Sequence record: HE978309
Source: Enterobacteria phage GEC-3S
DNA length: 64,000 nucleotides
Direction: 5' to 3' (one strand)
Under the pieces are notes generated by a model. That model made no database searches. It was given only the letters and a program-made list of their open reading frames with translations, and was not told the DNA's origin. This document shows, piece after piece, positions 43,646-56,021 of this stretch (position 1 is its first letter; every line of letters starts with the position of its first letter). Position numbers and translations under genes: made by a program.

Positions 43646-44484
43646 TGGCACGACTTTCTAAACAAGAACAAAAATTACACGATCTGGCGATGGAGCTAAT
43701 CAATTCAGATCGCCCATTGACCTATGAAGAAAAAGAATTTTGCTATAATAACTATCAGGGCGATGGTCTAGGCGGTTCAGGTGCATTCTTTACCCCAGAA
43801 GGGCTTGCATGGGATTTTACCATCGATGCACATTGCACAGGAAAAGTATTAGATCTTTGTGCTGGGATCGGTCGCTTATCTTTTTGTATGTTACATCGTT
43901 GTAAGCCAGAAAAGATCGTATGCATCGAACTCAATCCAGAATTTGCGCGGATTGGCAAGAGACTATTACCGGAGGCAGAATGGATCACCAGCGATGTATT
44001 CGAATTTGAGTCAAACGAAAAATTCGATGTGGTGATCAGCAATCCACCTTTCGGGAAAATCAATACAACCGACACAAAGGATGTATTTGAGTACACTGGC
44101 GGCGAATTTGAATTTAAGGTTATGACATTAGGCCAGAAGTTTGCCGATGTAGGTTATTTTATTGTTCCTACTGGTTCTGCTGGTTTTGCCTATTCTGGTA
44201 GACCTTATTATGACGGGACCATGAAGTCTAATAAATATCTAAAATGGAGCAAACAAACTGGTTTGGTGACTTATGCCGGATGTGGGATCGATACATCAAT
44301 CTATCGCGATGAATGGCATAGTACCAACGTTTTAACAGAAGTGGTTGAGGTTCGGTATTACGAGAAAGAAGCCGTAGAAGCGCCTAAATCGCGTCCTAAC
44401 GAACAAATAGAAGAAAGTAAGGAGATTACCTTACCGAAACAGGAAAGCGAGTCTGGGACGCTCTCAGATTTGTTTGACATTTAA
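43645..44484 (+). CDS. SAM-dependent methyltransferase (N6-adenine or N4-cytosine-type NPPF motif; target unknown)
   Basis: motif I VLDLCAGIGRL then motif IV VISNPPFG about 45 aa later; TAATG overlap with the upstream gene. Confidence 0.7.
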   Translation: MARLSKQEQKLHDLAMELINSDRPLTYEEKEFCYNNYQGDGLGGSGAFFTPEGLAWDFTIDAHCTGKVLDLCAGIGRLSFCMLHRCKPEKIVCIELNPEFARIGKRLLPEAEWITSDVFEFESNEKFDVVISNPPFGKINTTDTKDVFEYTGGEFEFKVMTLGQKFADVGYFIVPTGSAGFAYSGRPYYDGTMKSNKYLKWSKQTGLVTYAGCGIDTSIYRDEWHSTNVLTEVVEVRYYEKEAVEAPKSRPNEQIEESKEITLPKQESESGTLSDLFDI

Positions 44485-44489
44485 TTATA

Positions 44490-44515
44490 AGCCGTCCTTG
44501 TGGGCGGCTTTTTTG
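44490..44515 (+). terminator. rho-independent terminator closing the cassette
   Basis: AGCCGTCC-ttgt-GGgCGGCT hairpin followed by TTTTTT. Confidence 0.65.
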
Positions 44516-44524
44516 TATGTATTT

Positions 44525-44532
44525 TATAAATA
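44525..44532 (+). promoter_or_regulatory. T4-type late promoter TATAAATA for gene 9
   Basis: exact TATAAATA 28 bp upstream of the ATG. Confidence 0.65.
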
Positions 44533-44559
44533 ATACATCATAACATGAGGAATTAAACA

Positions 44560-45414
44560 ATGGCACAAGTTCCAAAGAAAAGAATAGACACAGGTACTGT
44601 CGGCAATCCATCGACTGGCGATATCTTATATGATGGTGGTAATAAAATTAACGATAACTTTGATTCAATCTATGACGCATTCGCTGATCAACGGTTTAAA
44701 GACGTAGACCACGGCGTAGGAAGAATGGTTATTCATGCAACCGGATACTATCAGAAGCATCCACGTCAAAGCTACGCTGGTTCCGCTGTTGAGATTGGGA
44801 GTCTACACGATATCGATACAACTCAAGGCGCACTTATTGCTATTCTACCTAAAGCAAAGGTCGGTGAGGGTGTTGTATTCATAAATAGTAACGGTAGCCT
44901 TTCAACGACGACACCGCTCAATATTCGAACTCAAGCAGGTGATTCTATTAGCGGGTATTCCGGTGATGCTACAATAACACAACCATTTTCAAAAGTCACT
45001 GTTTGGTGTACTGCCGTTGAAGGTAGTCGCGTAACATGGCGATTGGGTATCGAAAGTATGTTTACCGATACAACAACGCCATTAGATAAAACAGTTAACG
45101 TAACTGGAGTAGCAACAAACGTTGCTATTGCCGCAAAAACAGAATACGTTTCCATCAAATTATTAACTACCGCTAGCAATACATCCGGTTCAAAAATGCG
45201 TTCAAGTGAAACGCTACTGATGATTGATTCTAAAGCCGGAAAAGTTTATGCGACGGAATATGCAGTTTTGCAGAAGACAGAAGATGAACTATACACGGTT
45301 CGTTATTTCATCGGTTCCGGCGATAAAGTATATGCAGAGTATAAGGCTACTGGCGAAAATATTCGTTTAGCAGTTAAAGCCGTAGACACTATTAAAATCG
45401 GGGTTGCTACATGA
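44560..45414 (+). CDS. 9: baseplate wedge / long-tail-fibre socket protein gp9
   Basis: 284 aa; position and size as T4 gp9. Confidence 0.8.
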   Translation: MAQVPKKRIDTGTVGNPSTGDILYDGGNKINDNFDSIYDAFADQRFKDVDHGVGRMVIHATGYYQKHPRQSYAGSAVEIGSLHDIDTTQGALIAILPKAKVGEGVVFINSNGSLSTTTPLNIRTQAGDSISGYSGDATITQPFSKVTVWCTAVEGSRVTWRLGIESMFTDTTTPLDKTVNVTGVATNVAIAAKTEYVSIKLLTTASNTSGSKMRSSETLLMIDSKAGKVYATEYAVLQKTEDELYTVRYFIGSGDKVYAEYKATGENIRLAVKAVDTIKIGVAT

Positions 45415-47213
45415 AACAATTAATTAATATCGGTAACGTTGTTGATGACGGTACAGGTGATTATCTAAGAAAAGGCGGTCAAAAGATTAATGACAACTTT
45501 TCTGAACTTTATACTAAGCTGGGGGATGGTGATATCCCTCATGCATCCGGCGCGTGGAAAACTCACACACAACCAGTATTAAAACCAAATTTTGGTGATG
45601 CATGGGCGATTAATACAACGAACAACGCTGTTTCTGTTGAATTGCCTAAAGGAAGCGCGAGTGATTACAATAAAACAATTAAACTTCGTGATGTTTGGCG
45701 CTCATGGGCTGCACATAACGTAACATTGAAGCCAGCACAAGGTGATACCATTAAGGGATCTCCAATCGACCGTGAGTTGTATAAAGATTTCATGGATGTT
45801 GAATTGGTTTATTGTGCGCCAGGACGTTGGGAATATGTCGAAAATAAACGAGTAGATACTATCACCACTTCCGATTTAAGCACAGTCGCTAAGGAAGTTT
45901 ATATTGCAACCGAAGGACAAACAGACTTCCCTAATGTGTTTGGTTCCAATACTTACAATATTCGAAATGTTGAAGTGTATTATCGCGGTAACTTGCTTTA
46001 TTATGGCAAGGATTTAACCGATGATTCTAACTATGGTTCAATCGGTGAAAACGGTGATATTGTTCCGCTGGACGGTAAAAGCATTAAATTACGCTTCCCT
46101 TGTTCGGCGGGTGATACCATTCAAATCATCACTTATATGGACGGTATCGCATCCTTCCGGTCAAGCTATATTACTTATACAATCCGCGTTTATGAAACAG
46201 GAATGACCACTTTGGAATCCATCCCAGGTGAAGTTTGGGTTGGTGAACTAGCTAATAAGAAAGAATTTACTAATGCGGAATTAGGCGTAAGTAAGAGAGA
46301 TCTTATTAATCCAAATTCATTTGAATTGCTGATCAACGGCACACAAATGATTAAAGCGGGTGATGCTGATTTACCTTCCTTTATTTGTGAAGGTGCTGAC
46401 GGTGAAACGGAAGAAACCTGCGTACTTGCTGGCGGTCAATGGGTGGAATCTGGGGAAGATTATTCATTGATGTTCGACGAAAACAGCGTGGTGACTGGTC
46501 TTAAATTATCTAAAGCACTAGATAACCGAGACACTATCACAATTCGCTGGTTTAATAATGATATCGGAACATTAATGGAATGGGACGGTGTAGGCGGTAT
46601 TAAAGAAAAAGCAGATAAAATCTATCTTAATAACGAAGATGAAGTTACTCTGACAAATCGAATTGAATATACCGATTTCCAGAATCCAAGCCAAGCAACT
46701 AAACGCCCAATGGAAGATTATACAGGTCGTGTGATGGATATCTATTCCATCTTTGATATTTTCCATCCTATAGGCACAATTTATGAAAACGCGCATAACC
46801 CAGCTAACCCGGCGACCTATATGGGAATTGGTACATGGGTACGTTATGCGGAAGGAGAATTTCTGGCTGGTTGGTCTTCTGACGCAAGCGATCAAAACTT
46901 CGCACTAAACAACAACGATCTTGATACACATGGTCAACCTACACACACCGCAGGTGGTAACGGTGGTGATGTTGCATACCAGATCAAGAAAAATATGATT
47001 CCTGAATTACAGAGCAACGATCGAGTTCTTGTAAAAGATGATAACGGAAATATTATTATCGGTGGTTGTCAGGTAGACCCTGATGCAGTAGGTCCAGCGT
47101 TTACCAAATATCGAGAAGATAATGTTAAAGTTAATCAGGGAAATACCGACCCATCAATGATGGGTATTCTTCCTCCATATAGAACTGTCTATCGTTGGCT
47201 AAGGGTAGGTTAA
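45411..47213 (+). CDS. 10: baseplate wedge protein gp10
   Basis: 600 aa; position and size as T4 gp10. Confidence 0.85.
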   Translation: MKQLINIGNVVDDGTGDYLRKGGQKINDNFSELYTKLGDGDIPHASGAWKTHTQPVLKPNFGDAWAINTTNNAVSVELPKGSASDYNKTIKLRDVWRSWAAHNVTLKPAQGDTIKGSPIDRELYKDFMDVELVYCAPGRWEYVENKRVDTITTSDLSTVAKEVYIATEGQTDFPNVFGSNTYNIRNVEVYYRGNLLYYGKDLTDDSNYGSIGENGDIVPLDGKSIKLRFPCSAGDTIQIITYMDGIASFRSSYITYTIRVYETGMTTLESIPGEVWVGELANKKEFTNAELGVSKRDLINPNSFELLINGTQMIKAGDADLPSFICEGADGETEETCVLAGGQWVESGEDYSLMFDENSVVTGLKLSKALDNRDTITIRWFNNDIGTLMEWDGVGGIKEKADKIYLNNEDEVTLTNRIEYTDFQNPSQATKRPMEDYTGRVMDIYSIFDIFHPIGTIYENAHNPANPATYMGIGTWVRYAEGEFLAGWSSDASDQNFALNNNDLDTHGQPTHTAGGNGGDVAYQIKKNMIPELQSNDRVLVKDDNGNIIIGGCQVDPDAVGPAFTKYREDNVKVNQGNTDPSMMGILPPYRTVYRWLRVG

Positions 47214-47214
47214 T

Positions 47215-47859
47215 ATGATTTCGAAAACACGTTCAAAAGCTAGTGTATTTTCCAGCGATGCGGCGTTTATTTCATACGATCCAGGATCGAAAGATCCTGT
47301 TATCGGTGGTTCTCGTCCTATTGGTGGTGTTAATGTCGATCAATCAAGAAAAGGTTCCTATGTAAGCAACGTTCAATCTGCAATTGATGACCTTTATTCA
47401 TTGTCAATGATCCGAATTGGTGATGTGTTGGTTACAACCAACTCAACTCCACCACAAGCCGCAGGACAGATTGAAACTCTGTCATTTTCTGGTTCTGTTA
47501 ACAATCAGCATAATCCAGACGCAAACAAAGTATTCATTGATGTTTTGGGTTATCCATTTATTGTTGATGTTGGGTCTTCCGGCGTTTCTCTATGTGAAAA
47601 AGTAACGGAAAAATTTACCGAACTAATGAATAAAAACATTATGTTCAAAGAAGTAAAAAGAAAAGGAAGTAGCAACGACCAATTAGAAATTCATTATATC
47701 GATTCTCTTGAACACCCACCAACCGATATTAACAAGTACGGAATTACAATTACAGGAAATGTTGATTCTCCTGCTCGTGTTGGTTATGGTTCATGGTCTC
47801 GAATGGGTACAGAAGAGAAATTTGGAACTACCCTATATTATTTCAAACGTATTGCATAA
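47215..47859 (+). CDS. 11: baseplate wedge protein gp11
   Basis: 214 aa; position and size as T4 gp11. Confidence 0.8.
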   Translation: MISKTRSKASVFSSDAAFISYDPGSKDPVIGGSRPIGGVNVDQSRKGSYVSNVQSAIDDLYSLSMIRIGDVLVTTNSTPPQAAGQIETLSFSGSVNNQHNPDANKVFIDVLGYPFIVDVGSSGVSLCEKVTEKFTELMNKNIMFKEVKRKGSSNDQLEIHYIDSLEHPPTDINKYGITITGNVDSPARVGYGSWSRMGTEEKFGTTLYYFKRIA

Positions 47860-47870
47860 GGTGATGTATA

Positions 47871-49271
47871 ATGGCAAACAATACTATTAACCATGTAAAA
47901 GACGATGCTCAATACGTCAAGTTTAACCCTGTAAATGATTGGCCTCAAAGCATTACCAACGTACAAGCGGCTTTAGCCGCTATTAATGGCTTTGCCGTAA
48001 ATGGATTACCGGACGCTACGGAAGATACAGCCGGGATCGCTGCAATCGCAACTCAGGAAGAAGTAAACGACGGGACAGTAGACAATAAGATCGTGACTCC
48101 AAAAACACTGGCTGTTAAAATGTCACGTCCAGATGCTACAAAAGAAGTAAAAGGCATTACCCGATTTGCCACGATGGAAGAATCGCTGCAAGAGAGCAAC
48201 GAGAACATGGCAATCGGTCCAGACACACTAAATCATTACTTCACCACTAAAAAGGCGTCAGAGAGCGTTCAGGGGACTATTAAGATATGTTCTCTTGAGG
48301 CGGCAAAGATTGGCAGTGATGACACAATGGCAGTAACACCGAAAAAGATGCACACTGCCATTGCACAGATTGTACCTGGATTAATTCCAGATCAAAACAC
48401 AGCAACCGAAAGCGCACAGGGTTTAGTTCAGTTAGCAACCAGTGCGCAGGTTTTACAAGGCCAGATTCGAGAAGGTTTTGCAATTAGCCCTTATGCATTT
48501 GCAAATGCTCGCGCCAATGAGAATCAGGCGGGTACTGTTAAGATCGCCAGCCAGTCACAGATGAATGCTGGTTCAGATGATACTGTAGTTGTTTCTGCTA
48601 AGAAGTTTGCAAGCACTAAGGCAACAACGTCTCAATACGGCATTGTTAAACTACGAGACACCGTAGGAAGTGAGGCTAACGCTGCATTATCAGCAAATGC
48701 TAAGGTTCTTCCTAGCACTGGCGGTACGGTAAGCGGAAACGTCTATAAAGGTTCAAACTCAGACGGCAACCAGTTTGTTACTAAAAATGAATTAGCGAAT
48801 CACGCAATGCCAATTGGTGGTATTATCCTTTCTGGATTCAATGCCGATCGAGGTGACTTTCTGATCTGTAATGGTCGTTCACTGAATAAAAATCAATATC
48901 CGCAATTATTTTCTGCGATTGGTTATACCTTTGGTGGTTCAGGTGACAATTTTAATCTTCCTGATATGCGCGGTTTAGTTGCTCGTGGTTGCGATCATGG
49001 AAGAAACCTTGATCCAGGTCGTCGATTTGGTTCTTATCAAGAAGACGCAATGCAGAGAATTACTGGTAAATTCCCTGTAGCTGACCGCTGGCGCGGTTGG
49101 TATGGTGGTGCATTTACTGCACAGCGCGGTCAATGGAGCACGAACTATAAAAACGGTGGTGGTGATGATTGGGGTACTACTGTTAACTTTGACTCAGGAA
49201 GATCCGTAAGAACGGCTAACGAGACTCGCGTCAAGAGTCTGGCATTAAACTATATCATAAGGGTGCGCTAA
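47871..49271 (+). CDS. 12: short tail fibre protein gp12
   Basis: position before wac; repeated ...GT(V/I)K(I/L)... segments typical of gp12. Confidence 0.8.
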   Translation: MANNTINHVKDDAQYVKFNPVNDWPQSITNVQAALAAINGFAVNGLPDATEDTAGIAAIATQEEVNDGTVDNKIVTPKTLAVKMSRPDATKEVKGITRFATMEESLQESNENMAIGPDTLNHYFTTKKASESVQGTIKICSLEAAKIGSDDTMAVTPKKMHTAIAQIVPGLIPDQNTATESAQGLVQLATSAQVLQGQIREGFAISPYAFANARANENQAGTVKIASQSQMNAGSDDTVVVSAKKFASTKATTSQYGIVKLRDTVGSEANAALSANAKVLPSTGGTVSGNVYKGSNSDGNQFVTKNELANHAMPIGGIILSGFNADRGDFLICNGRSLNKNQYPQLFSAIGYTFGGSGDNFNLPDMRGLVARGCDHGRNLDPGRRFGSYQEDAMQRITGKFPVADRWRGWYGGAFTAQRGQWSTNYKNGGGDDWGTTVNFDSGRSVRTANETRVKSLALNYIIRVR

Positions 49272-51040
49272 TGATTGAACAATTAAACATCCACGAGATC
49301 CCACATGTTGACGGTGTACCAAGCGAAGGACAGCACCGTATTATTTGGATCAAGAATGGCGAATGTTTAAGCGCAGCAACGACACAGACTGGCAATGACG
49401 GGACGCTTAACCGCGCCCCGGTTGCAATTCAAGAAAACGTTGCACGCGTAAACGAAAACGCAAAATCAACCGTCGCTAAAGTTAACGAGGTTGTAACAGC
49501 GGTTAACGATATTAAAACAACTTTAGGGGTAATTTCTGACGGAAGTATCATTGATGTGGTTAACCAGACTGTCGCAAAAGTTGAATCCGTCGAAGAGAAC
49601 TTAGGAGAAACAGCAAGAACTCTGCAAACAACGGTAGACGCTGTATCAGAAATTAACATCAAGATTGGTGATCGCCCCGCTGCCGATCCGAGCACAAGAA
49701 CAATCTATGATGACATTTCTTTCATCAAACAAGAAATGGGTTCTTATCCTAACTTTAATATCAATGGTTCCCCTGATGCTGGCAGTTCCGGTTCTGGTAT
49801 CAAATACCGAGTTATTCAGAATACCGCAGCATTAAATGACCACGGTCGCCGAATCGTTCAGCTTGAAAACGACTGGCAAGATTCTGACGTAGGCGAGTTA
49901 ACAAGACAAGTTAACAAAATGCGCAGTGAGATCGGCGACACGTCTCTTGCAACACAAGAAAATGTGTATGTTCGTCTCCGCACCAACGCAAGAAACATTG
50001 CTAACATATCAAACGAAGTTCTAGAAGTCAAGAAAGCAATTTTGTTTGATTCAATCCCTGATATCGGGACTAAAGTCACTACGCTGGGAACTAATTATGA
50101 ACTTCTAAACAATGATGTTAATGGTGTAGATTCCGGTATTCGTCCTCGTCTTCTGGCTGTCGAGAATAAGATCGGAACGCCTCAATCGGCTGGAAGCATT
50201 GACTATCGATTAACCAACACAGAGCGAGAATTTTTAGATCTTAAACAGGTTGTTGGTGTAAGCGGTGCTGACGGTTTGCGCGGTGAAGTTGTTCGACTTT
50301 CCAATGAGATTGGCACTGACAGCGATCGACATACTCTAGCCGGACGTCTTAAAGTTGTAGAAAACACTCAGGGTCGGTTAGAAGCAAGCGTACAGGACAT
50401 GGAACAGATTGTAGGTGATCGCGAATCAGGTTTGACCGCTGGCGTTATTAAACTATCAAGTGATATCTATGGCGATGATGGTTCAGAAGATCCATTTACT
50501 CAGAAAGGCGTGATTAAAATCGTCAAAGAGCTACAAACATCTAACGGAAACAAAGTAGATGATGTACCTGATGACGGTTTCCATTATCTGCGTAAGCGCG
50601 GAGAATGGGTGCAAGTTGCATATGCTGCTGGAGCATTTAAAAATACCGCAGATATTACGGTTGAACTTGACGAACAGGATGTTTATAAACCGATTCCGCT
50701 TAACGACATGGCGGCAGAAGTTAATGCGCGTCAAATGGTGAAAAGTGAATCTGTTGTTACCGTTCAGGACAAAGGTTTATTCCGTTGTGTATTCCGTTGT
50801 GCTGTACAAGCTCAACATAATGCAACATTCACTGTTGCGATTTTCAAAAATGGACAGATGGTATATGAAGCGAAAAATGGTCATTACGGCACAGACGAAT
50901 TGATCAGCTATTCTACCAGTGCTTTCCTAAATATTGAAAAGGGCGATCAAATTAACATCCGTATTAAGGGTGTATCTGCCGAAGCAGTAGCACAGCCAGT
51001 ACAAATTAAAGAGTTCCTCTTTGGGATTTCTCCGGTATAA
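49271..51040 (+). CDS. wac: fibritin (whisker) Wac
   Basis: N-terminus ...IPHVDGVPSEGQHRIIWIKNGE resembles T4 Wac; coiled-coil body. Confidence 0.85.
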   Translation: MIEQLNIHEIPHVDGVPSEGQHRIIWIKNGECLSAATTQTGNDGTLNRAPVAIQENVARVNENAKSTVAKVNEVVTAVNDIKTTLGVISDGSIIDVVNQTVAKVESVEENLGETARTLQTTVDAVSEINIKIGDRPAADPSTRTIYDDISFIKQEMGSYPNFNINGSPDAGSSGSGIKYRVIQNTAALNDHGRRIVQLENDWQDSDVGELTRQVNKMRSEIGDTSLATQENVYVRLRTNARNIANISNEVLEVKKAILFDSIPDIGTKVTTLGTNYELLNNDVNGVDSGIRPRLLAVENKIGTPQSAGSIDYRLTNTEREFLDLKQVVGVSGADGLRGEVVRLSNEIGTDSDRHTLAGRLKVVENTQGRLEASVQDMEQIVGDRESGLTAGVIKLSSDIYGDDGSEDPFTQKGVIKIVKELQTSNGNKVDDVPDDGFHYLRKRGEWVQVAYAAGAFKNTADITVELDEQDVYKPIPLNDMAAEVNARQMVKSESVVTVQDKGLFRCVFRCAVQAQHNATFTVAIFKNGQMVYEAKNGHYGTDELISYSTSAFLNIEKGDQINIRIKGVSAEAVAQPVQIKEFLFGISPV

Positions 51041-51047
51041 GAAATTA

Positions 51048-51074
51048 AAGGGGCGTTAAGCCCCTTTTTCGTTT
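51048..51074 (+). terminator. rho-independent terminator after wac
   Basis: GGGGC-gttaa-GCCCC hairpin followed by TTTTTCGTTT. Confidence 0.6.
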
Positions 51075-51086
51075 ATAGGTGATATT

Positions 51087-52019
51087 ATGTCAGGATATGT
51101 AACCAACAACCCAAGAGAATTAAAAGACGCTATTCTGCGTCGTTTAGGCGCACCAGTAATTAACGTAGAAGTAACAGAAGACCAGATTTACGATTGTATT
51201 CAGAGAGCACTAGAACTCTATGGGGAATATCATTTCGATGGTGTGAATAAAGGATATAAAGTATTTCGTGTTAGTGCAGAGCAAGCTCAACACGGTGTAT
51301 TTGATTTAAGCGATTCTGGTGTATTCGCAGTAACTAAAATAATTAGAACAAACGTAGGTAGCGCGGCTACGATGGATGGTACTGCCGTTTATCCGTGGTT
51401 TACTGACTTTCTGTTGGGTTTAGCGGGTGTAAATGGCGGTTTAGGATCTGGCTGTAGTAAATTTTATGGTCCAAATGCAATGGGCGGTGATCTAGGATAT
51501 TTCGAACAGCTTATGAGCTATCGAGCCACCATGCAAAATATGCTTAATCCTCTTCCCGATTACTGGTATAACAGCGCAAACGGACAACTTAAGATTACAG
51601 GAAACTTCCGAGAAGGTGATCTCATTGTTGTTGAATTATATGTTAAAAGCTATGTAGACGTTCCTGATATGATCGGCGCGGTTGCTGGTTATGCTCATGC
51701 TGGAGGATGTTCTACCGCTGGCGGGATTAGCGCCGTTTATGATAATCCAACTGCTGGTTTAAGCGGGATTGTTGCTGGCATGGGACCGATCAGTGAGAAC
51801 AAGCAGGGCGCATATAATAACCGTTGGGTGAAAGATATGGCCACCGCCTTCACTAAGGAGGTTTGGGGGTCCATCATGGCTAAACATCAAGGTCTGCAAT
51901 TACCCGGTGGTGTCACTGTTGATGGTATCCGAATCATTGAAGAAGCACGCGCCGACATTGAGAAATTGCGTCAAGAACTAGAATTATTAGATCCTCCGTT
52001 CGGCATCCTCATGATTTGA
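51087..52019 (+). CDS. 13: neck protein gp13
   Basis: 310 aa; position and size as T4 gp13. Confidence 0.8.
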   Translation: MSGYVTNNPRELKDAILRRLGAPVINVEVTEDQIYDCIQRALELYGEYHFDGVNKGYKVFRVSAEQAQHGVFDLSDSGVFAVTKIIRTNVGSAATMDGTAVYPWFTDFLLGLAGVNGGLGSGCSKFYGPNAMGGDLGYFEQLMSYRATMQNMLNPLPDYWYNSANGQLKITGNFREGDLIVVELYVKSYVDVPDMIGAVAGYAHAGGCSTAGGISAVYDNPTAGLSGIVAGMGPISENKQGAYNNRWVKDMATAFTKEVWGSIMAKHQGLQLPGGVTVDGIRIIEEARADIEKLRQELELLDPPFGILMI

Positions 52020-52055
52020 TTTATTGGGGGAGTATTCCCCCATTTGGAGTAACAT

Positions 52056-52796
52056 ATGTTTAACAACACTCTTTTTGCTCGCCTTGAATCGCAAAAGGAT
52101 TATGAGAATACACGACAAACAGAGATTCTTAATCCTTATGTAAACTTTCACAAATATACAAATACTCAGACGTTAGCCGACGTTATGGTCGCCGAAGCTA
52201 TTCAGATGCGAGGTGTAGAATTATATTACATCCCTCGTGAATTTGTCAAACCAGATATGATCTTTGGTGAGGATGTTCAAAGCAAATTTACTAAAGCATG
52301 GAAATTTGCGGCTTATATTAACTCATTTGATGGGTATGAAGGAGCGGGTAATTTCTTCTCTAGTTTCGGGTATCAAGCTAATGATGAACTAACTTTTACG
52401 GTTAACCCCAACCTATTCAAGCATCAAGTAGATGGTCAAGAGCCAAAATCAGGTGACTTAATTTATATTCCGATGAGTAATGATCTCTTTGAAATTAATT
52501 ACGTTGAGCCATATCAGCCGTTTTTTCAGGCTGGCAAAAATGCCATGCGTAAAATTATTGCAGAGAAATTCGTATATAGCGGCGAGGAATTGCGACCAGA
52601 ATTACAACGCAATGAGGGAATTAATGTTGATGAGTTTGCGGATCTGGATCTTGCACCGATCACTAATCTGGACGGGTTAACAGATATCAACTTAGATCAG
52701 TACAAAGAAGATAAGCAATTCAGAAGCGAAGGACAAGATTTTATTGATCAGTTTGATCCTATTAATGGCAAGGGTTCACCTTTCGCCGATTTTTGA
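52056..52796 (+). CDS. 14: neck protein gp14
   Basis: 246 aa; position and size as T4 gp14. Confidence 0.8.
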   Translation: MFNNTLFARLESQKDYENTRQTEILNPYVNFHKYTNTQTLADVMVAEAIQMRGVELYYIPREFVKPDMIFGEDVQSKFTKAWKFAAYINSFDGYEGAGNFFSSFGYQANDELTFTVNPNLFKHQVDGQEPKSGDLIYIPMSNDLFEINYVEPYQPFFQAGKNAMRKIIAEKFVYSGEELRPELQRNEGINVDEFADLDLAPITNLDGLTDINLDQYKEDKQFRSEGQDFIDQFDPINGKGSPFADF

Positions 52797-52822
52797 TAAA
52801 TACTCATAAACAAGGGGGTCAA

Positions 52823-53656
52823 ATGTTCGGTTGGCACTATAATTCGTCAATTAGACGGTATATTGTATTGCTGGGTAATTTATTCTCCGGCGTACAAATT
52901 AAAAGGGTGCGTAGCGACGGTGAGCGTTTTATTAAAGTTCCTATCACCTACGCAAAGAAAGAAAAATTCATGATGAGTCTGGACAAATATAACAATATCT
53001 CAAGCGAGGAAGACGTAGCAAAGGTAGAAACTATTTTACCGCGTATGTGTCTTTCTTTGATTGATATGACATACGCCCAGAACTTTAAAACAAATATTGC
53101 AAATAAGACAGTACCAAAATATACGGCTGATGGAATCAGGAGTGTGACACAATATAATCCTGTACCATATAAGTTTACCTTCGAGTTGGGGATTTATACA
53201 CGTAACGAAGATGATATGTTTCAGATAATTGAACAGATTCTTCCTTACTTCCAGCCTCATTTTAACTGTAAGATTAAAGAACTACACGGTAATGATGTAT
53301 GGATTGATCGAGATATTCAGGTCACAATTAGTTCTATTACTCCAGATGAACAGGTAGGCGAAGATAAGTTTTCTCGTCGTCGTCTTGAGTGGACCATTAT
53401 GTTCGAATTTATCGGCTTTATATATCCTCCAGCTACCGACGTTAAGGGGGAAATTAGAACGATTTATCTTGATTTTCATGCCAATTCTCGTGAATTGAAT
53501 CCTAGCGGTAATTTTGAATCAGTGGATCACGAGGTCGTTAAACGTGACGTCGAGCAAGAAGATTGGGACGGAACTATCAAAGAATCATATTCTAGTGATA
53601 TTCCAATACCAGTTGCACCGACTCCACCGGGTCCACGTATTGTAAGAGAATTTTAA
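52823..53656 (+). CDS. 15: tail sheath terminator / connector protein gp15
   Basis: start moved to ATG behind AGGGGG (MFGWHYNSSIRRY...), resembling the T4 gp15 N-terminus; track ORF starts at an upstream TTG. Confidence 0.85.
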   Translation: MFGWHYNSSIRRYIVLLGNLFSGVQIKRVRSDGERFIKVPITYAKKEKFMMSLDKYNNISSEEDVAKVETILPRMCLSLIDMTYAQNFKTNIANKTVPKYTADGIRSVTQYNPVPYKFTFELGIYTRNEDDMFQIIEQILPYFQPHFNCKIKELHGNDVWIDRDIQVTISSITPDEQVGEDKFSRRRLEWTIMFEFIGFIYPPATDVKGEIRTIYLDFHANSRELNPSGNFESVDHEVVKRDVEQEDWDGTIKESYSSDIPIPVAPTPPGPRIVREF

Positions 53657-53669
53657 GAGGTAATTTATT

Positions 53670-55990
<2,321 letters not shown>

Positions 55991-56021
55991 CGATAATGCA
56001 TAAAAAGATGAGGAAATTCTA

